Part shown: positions 59,587-64,000 of the stretch, piece after piece | Position numbering within the stretch: the first letter of the stretch is position 1 | How the letters are laid out: each line of letters opens with the position of its first letter | Assembly (NCBI GenBank): GCA_049968235.1 | Contig: JBMFRC010000006.1 | Location: 107,866-171,865, forward strand | DNA length: 64,000 nt | Direction: 5' to 3' | Source of the DNA: Candidatus Hydrogenedens sp. | GTDB lineage: Bacteria; Hydrogenedentota; Hydrogenedentia; Hydrogenedentales; Hydrogenedentaceae | Position numbers and translations under genes: made by a program | The notes under the pieces: generated by a model | Told to the model about the DNA's origin: nothing | The model's database searches: none | What the model saw: the letters and a program-made list of their open reading frames with translations, nothing else

Positions 59587-62490
59587 ATGAACCCCGGATT
59601 TAAAATGATAGAATTTTCTGTTAATCGTCCCAAAATGGTAGTTGCTATCATCTCAATAATCACTTTGGTAATTATTGCCCTTGTAGCCCTGCCTAATTTA
59701 TTTCCGCAAACATTTCCTATGCTCAGTAAGATTAGTATAGATACAGATCCTGAAAACATGCTCAACCAGAAAGAAGCGGTGCGTGTCTTTCATAATGAGA
59801 TGAAAAAGCAATTTACTATTTATGAAATTGTAGTTTTAGGGATTGTAAATGAAAAACATCCGCAGGGGGTTTTTAATGCGGATACATTGAAAAAGATATA
59901 TGAGGTAACAGAGTTTGCCAAAACGCTTCAATGGCAAAACCCGACTGACCCTGAGAAATATGATGGTGTAATAGCCAGTGAACTTATTGCTCCGTCAACT
60001 GTGGATAATGTTGAACAGGGAGGCATCGGGGAAGTTCGTTTTGAATGGCTTATGAATACACCTCCTGCAACGGATGAAGAAGCATTAGAAATAAAGAAGA
60101 AAACTGAACGTCTTCCGTTCTTGAAGGATACGCTTATTTCTGAAGATGGGAAGGCTATTGCTTTATATATCCCCATTACAGCCAAGAACCAGAGTTATCG
60201 GGTTAGTAAAGCATTAGAAAGTAAAATTGCCACTTTTAAGGGGAATGAAAAATATTACATCACGGGATTACCTGTTGCCAATGATACCTTTGGGGTAGAG
60301 ATGTTCAAACAAATGGCTATTTCTTCCCCTCTTACTATGTTGGTTATTTTCTTACTGATGTTATTCTTCTTCCGTAAATTACTTTTAATCCTCTCCCCTC
60401 TTATTGTTGCTATGATAACAACCATCTGGACTATGGGACTTTTAGTAATTTCCGGGAATACCGTTCATATCATGAGTTCTATGATACCTGTTTTTATGAT
60501 GCCCATATCGGTGTTGGATTCCATACATATTCTTTCCGAATTCTTTGAACGATACACTCCCCAAAAACCGAGAAAAGAGATTTTGTTATCCGTAATGGAT
60601 ACCCTTTTCATGCCCATGTTATATACTTCATTGACCACACTTGCAGGTTTCGCATCCCTTGCTCTTACACCAAATCCACCGGTTCAAATCTTTGGTATTT
60701 TTATTGCTCTTGGAGTTGCTATCGCATGGATTTTAACCATGACTTTTATCCCTGCCTATGCCATGCTTCTATCCGAAAAGAAACTCAAAAACTTCGGTGC
60801 CTCTGCGAATAAAACTTCTCATGAAGCAGAGGAACATACATTGTTAGCGAAAATATTATATGCCCTCGGCAAATTTACTTACAATCAATATAAACTCATT
60901 CTTTTAGGCACGGCTATAATGATAGTTATTGCTATCTATGGAATAACGCAAATAGAGGTAAATGACAATCCTACGCGATGGTTCAAATCCACCCATAGAA
61001 TCAGGATAGCGGATACTGTTCTAAACAAGCATTTTGGCGGAACATATATGGCGTATCTGGCTTTGAAATCCGATGAAAGCCAATTCTCATTTGATAATTA
61101 TCAAAAAGGTTTTAAGGAACGGCTTGCTAAGTGGTTCAAAGAGAATGGAGCGGAAGAAACAACTGCGAATGAAATTATTGAAAAGGTTTACTTGGAACTC
61201 ATCAATTTACATAAAAAAACCAGTGATACGGAATTAAAATCTACACTTGAATTGCTTCGAAATTGGTGTGATGAGCAACTGAACAATGCAGACAGCAAAA
61301 TTCAAGATACATGGGACCTTGCTGAAAGGTTTGTGGGACTGGAACTTCAACGGAGCGAAATATTCAAACAACCCGAAGTGCTTCATTACATTGACCAATT
61401 AAATGACACGATGATAAAAACAGGTATCGTAGGCAAAACAAATTCTTTGCCTACCCTTATAAAAACCGTTCATAGAGAGCTTATGGGAGGTGATGAGAAG
61501 GAATATCGGATACCGGAGAGTTCCCGGGCTGTGGCTCAATGTATCATGACCTATGAAGGTAGCCATCGACCTCAAGATATTTATCACTTCGTTACACCCG
61601 ATTATAAATCTGCCAGCATCTGGGTTCAATTAAAGAGTGGCGATAACAAAGACATGACTAAAGTTGTTGAAACAATAGATAAATTTATAAAAGATAATCC
61701 TCCACCATTCCCTATGAGACATGAGTGGTATGGTCTGACTTATATCAATGTTGTCTGGCAGAAAAAAATGGTCGTTGGAATGTTAGAAGCATTTTTAGGG
61801 TCGTTCCTGGTGGTTTTAGCCATGATGATAATTTTACTCCGTTCCGGGCTATGGGGACTGCTAAGTATGATACCACTTACAATCACTATCGGCGCTATCT
61901 ATGGAGCCTTAGGGTTAATTGGAAAATATTACGACATGCCTGTTGCCGTGTTATCATCATTAACACTCGGTCTTGCAGTTGACTATGCCATTCATTTCCT
62001 CGCAAGAGGTAGAGTTGCCTATAATGAAACTGGCTCGTGGGAAAAAGCCCTCATGATTTTATTCGGAGAAACCGCACGGGCATTGTATCGCAATATCATC
62101 GTTATCGCATTGGGCTTTACTCCATTATTGTTCACACCGCTTGCTCCCCATGTTACAGTAGGAACCTTTATGACTTCTATTATGCTATTCTCCGGCGTAG
62201 GAACATTAATTATCCTACCTGCACTAACTCGACTTTTCGAACCGCTCCTCTTCCCTAAAACAAGATTTTGTAGTATTACCTGCATGTGCAACACCTGCAT
62301 CGTTACCGGGATTACAATTGTATCTGCTGCTGCTATTAATATCTACCAATTCCTAAATATAGGCTGGACCACTATCAGTTGGGGTTCATTGATAGCCATT
62401 ATCATCCTTTCCATAATTTGCTTCATCAGTTCTCGTAGAAATCAATGCAAACCTTGCCTTGAAACACCCATAGAAAATCAAAAAAATTAA
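59587..62490 (+). CDS. RND-superfamily MMPL/HpnN-like transporter
   Basis: 967 aa. Two 6-TM bundles, each preceded by a large periplasmic domain. SSD-like TM region. Confidence 0.8.
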   Translation: MNPGFKMIEFSVNRPKMVVAIISIITLVIIALVALPNLFPQTFPMLSKISIDTDPENMLNQKEAVRVFHNEMKKQFTIYEIVVLGIVNEKHPQGVFNADTLKKIYEVTEFAKTLQWQNPTDPEKYDGVIASELIAPSTVDNVEQGGIGEVRFEWLMNTPPATDEEALEIKKKTERLPFLKDTLISEDGKAIALYIPITAKNQSYRVSKALESKIATFKGNEKYYITGLPVANDTFGVEMFKQMAISSPLTMLVIFLLMLFFFRKLLLILSPLIVAMITTIWTMGLLVISGNTVHIMSSMIPVFMMPISVLDSIHILSEFFERYTPQKPRKEILLSVMDTLFMPMLYTSLTTLAGFASLALTPNPPVQIFGIFIALGVAIAWILTMTFIPAYAMLLSEKKLKNFGASANKTSHEAEEHTLLAKILYALGKFTYNQYKLILLGTAIMIVIAIYGITQIEVNDNPTRWFKSTHRIRIADTVLNKHFGGTYMAYLALKSDESQFSFDNYQKGFKERLAKWFKENGAEETTANEIIEKVYLELINLHKKTSDTELKSTLELLRNWCDEQLNNADSKIQDTWDLAERFVGLELQRSEIFKQPEVLHYIDQLNDTMIKTGIVGKTNSLPTLIKTVHRELMGGDEKEYRIPESSRAVAQCIMTYEGSHRPQDIYHFVTPDYKSASIWVQLKSGDNKDMTKVVETIDKFIKDNPPPFPMRHEWYGLTYINVVWQKKMVVGMLEAFLGSFLVVLAMMIILLRSGLWGLLSMIPLTITIGAIYGALGLIGKYYDMPVAVLSSLTLGLAVDYAIHFLARGRVAYNETGSWEKALMILFGETARALYRNIIVIALGFTPLLFTPLAPHVTVGTFMTSIMLFSGVGTLIILPALTRLFEPLLFPKTRFCSITCMCNTCIVTGITIVSAAAINIYQFLNIGWTTISWGSLIAIIILSIICFISSRRNQCKPCLETPIENQKN

Positions 62491-62513
62491 CCATAAAGAT
62501 AAGGAGATTTACC

Positions 62514-63311
62514 ATGAAACATGTATCTATCTTATTAACAGCAATTGTGGCAGTTTTCCTGCTCATGCCAAAAGGATTTTCCCAGGACCTGACAGATGTA
62601 AATGAAATTGTCAAGAAAGCCAATCATTCCGCTTATTACAAAGGAAAAGATGGCAAAGCCCATGTCAAAATGACCATCAAAGATGCGCAGGGTAGAGAGA
62701 GAACACGCGATTTATCTATCCTACGCAAAAATATGGACGATAAAGACGAAGAACAACACTTCTATGTATATTTTCATCAACCTGCAGATGTTCGAGATAC
62801 TGTATTTATGGTGCATAAACATGTCGGTAAAGATGATGACCGCTGGTTATACCTTCCCGCTCTCGATGTTGTTAAAAGAATCGCCGCTTCCGATGAACGT
62901 ACCAGTTTCGTCGGTTCCCATTTCTTCTACGAAGACGTCTCTGGTAGAGGTATCGACGAAGATAATCATGAATTAATTGAAACCACTCAAAACTTCTATG
63001 TCATCAAAAATACACCGAAAGACCCCAAAACCGTTGAGTTCGATTCTTACAAAGTATATGTTCACAAAGGCACATTCCTGCCAACTAAGGCAGAATATGA
63101 AAAGAATGGAAAAGTCTACAGAATTATGGAAGCCCTCGAAGTAAAAGAAATTCAAGGCTATCCCACTGTAGTCAAAGCGAAAATGACAGATACCAACATC
63201 GGCGGAGAAACCTTATTAGAATACTCTGATATCCAATATGACATTAACCTACCCGACGATATTTTCACTGAACGCTATCTGAGAAAAGCCCCCAGAGAAT
63301 ACCTAAAATAA
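62514..63311 (+). CDS. LolA-like outer-membrane lipoprotein-sorting protein (MMPL partner)
   Basis: Signal peptide. 265 aa. DRWLYLPALDVVKRIAASDERTSFVGSHFFYEDV matches the conserved core of LolA-fold proteins that pair with RND/MMPL transporters. Confidence 0.65.
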   Translation: MKHVSILLTAIVAVFLLMPKGFSQDLTDVNEIVKKANHSAYYKGKDGKAHVKMTIKDAQGRERTRDLSILRKNMDDKDEEQHFYVYFHQPADVRDTVFMVHKHVGKDDDRWLYLPALDVVKRIAASDERTSFVGSHFFYEDVSGRGIDEDNHELIETTQNFYVIKNTPKDPKTVEFDSYKVYVHKGTFLPTKAEYEKNGKVYRIMEALEVKEIQGYPTVVKAKMTDTNIGGETLLEYSDIQYDINLPDDIFTERYLRKAPREYLK

Positions 63312-63363
63312 ACCTATATAGTATAAGGCAATTTTTTCATTGAAAAGACCGGAAACCTGGCTT

Positions 63364-63398
63364 AGGGGCGAAAAAATTTTCGCCCCTATATTTGTATT
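63364..63398 (+). terminator. intrinsic terminator AGGGGCGAAAA-AA-TTTTCGCCCCT followed by a T-rich run
   Basis: 11-bp perfect stem immediately after the LolA-like gene. Confidence 0.6.
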
Positions 63399-63606
63399 AT
63401 CACGATGCAAACATATGTAAACCAACAATAAAATCCGTATTTAGTTGATAACAACCTTACCCGCCCCCCCCTGATTTTCCACCCACCCACCCCCGACCAG
63501 CATTGTTTCTCCTAATCCCTATCTTTTATACTCCACTCTCTAATACCACAAAATATAATAATTTACCCCCTTTATACGATAATGCTGGTCTATTTTCCTC
63601 TAACTT

Positions 63607-64000
63607 TTTTTATTTTGTGGGAAGTGCCCGCTCTGCTATAATGCCAGTTGACGTTGACTTTGAATTGTTTGTGCTTTGTTTTGAAGGAAGTGCTCGCTCT
63701 GCTATAATTATCTGCATTAGAGTTAAAGCATCAATCATGCTATGTTTTGAGGGAAGTGCTCGCTCTGCTATAATGAGCACAGTAATTAGAACATTAGTCG
63801 GATTGCTATGTTTTGAGGGAAGTGCTCGCTCTGCTATAATTAAAGCTTGCTACAAATGTGTGGAAACATTGCTATGTTTTGAGGGAAGTGCTCGCTCTGC
63901 TATAATATTTTTTCCCGAAAAATAATATCTCTTGAAGCTATGTTTTGAGGGAAGTGCTCGCTCTGCTATAATCTTCGGTATGTGAACGTTCATCTTCATC
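63607..64000. CRISPR. CRISPR array running off the window end: 36-nt repeat GCTATGTTTTGAGGGAAGTGCTCGCTCTGCTATAAT, 30-nt spacers
   Basis: Repeats at 63607 (degenerate 5' half), 63673, 63739, 63805, 63871 and 63937. Spacers at 63643, 63709, 63775, 63841 and 63907 (30 nt each) and 63973 onward (cut off). Repeats 3-6 are identical, repeat 2 has 2 mismatches, repeat 1 is degenerate. Confidence 0.9.

Noticed and set aside
63503-63925. 140-aa ORF on the plus strand
   Set aside because: It runs through the CRISPR array. The repeated peptide CFEGSARSAII is simply the translated repeat.

Overview
This is a low-GC (about 35%) bacterial chromosomal segment. Tat signals, outer-membrane proteins, LPS-core kinase-like genes, hemerythrins and many Fe-S enzymes point to an anaerobic diderm organism. 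Most genes are housekeeping: thiC (partial), valS, a three-part pntAA/pntAB/pntB, purM-purSL-purQ, rnd, thiG-thiH, ahcY, glmS, fba, an RND/MMPL transporter with its LolA-like partner, and tRNA-Ser(CGA). Five regions stand out. (i) A five-gene minus-strand operon at 6.4-10.0 kb encodes a sensory-type [FeFe]-hydrogenase-like protein fused to an RsbW-type serine-kinase ATPase, flanked by two DRTGG-domain paralogs, a PHP phosphoesterase and a lone HATPase. It looks like a putative H2/redox-responsive partner-switching signalling system. (ii) A tightly coupled operon at 49.2-51.6 kb encodes a B12-binding corrinoid protein, a Cys-rich DUF169-like protein and a homocysteine S-methyltransferase. This resembles a split cobalamin-dependent methionine-synthase-like module with an unknown methyl-donor component. 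(iii) A CRISPR array runs off the window end, with 36-nt repeats and 30-nt spacers. Every repeat ends in the extended -10 promoter element TGCTATAAT, as in type II-C arrays, and no cas genes lie inside the window. (iv) A sigma70-like promoter drives a ~170-nt structured leader or small RNA candidate ahead of two tandem Kdo/LPS-kinase-like genes and an orphan GAF sensor histidine kinase. (v) Next to tRNA-Ser lie a decayed restriction-modification remnant (MvaI/BcnI-like endonuclease fragment plus an N4/N6 methyltransferase fragment) and about 1.1 kb of ORF-less DNA containing an inverted repeat. Smaller points include a PurS-PurL fusion with a separate PurQ, a BNR sialidase-like lipoprotein next to a neutral ceramidase, tandem hemerythrins, and an unusually long ORF-free gap between convergent genes that carries iteron-like repeats and an operator-like palindrome.
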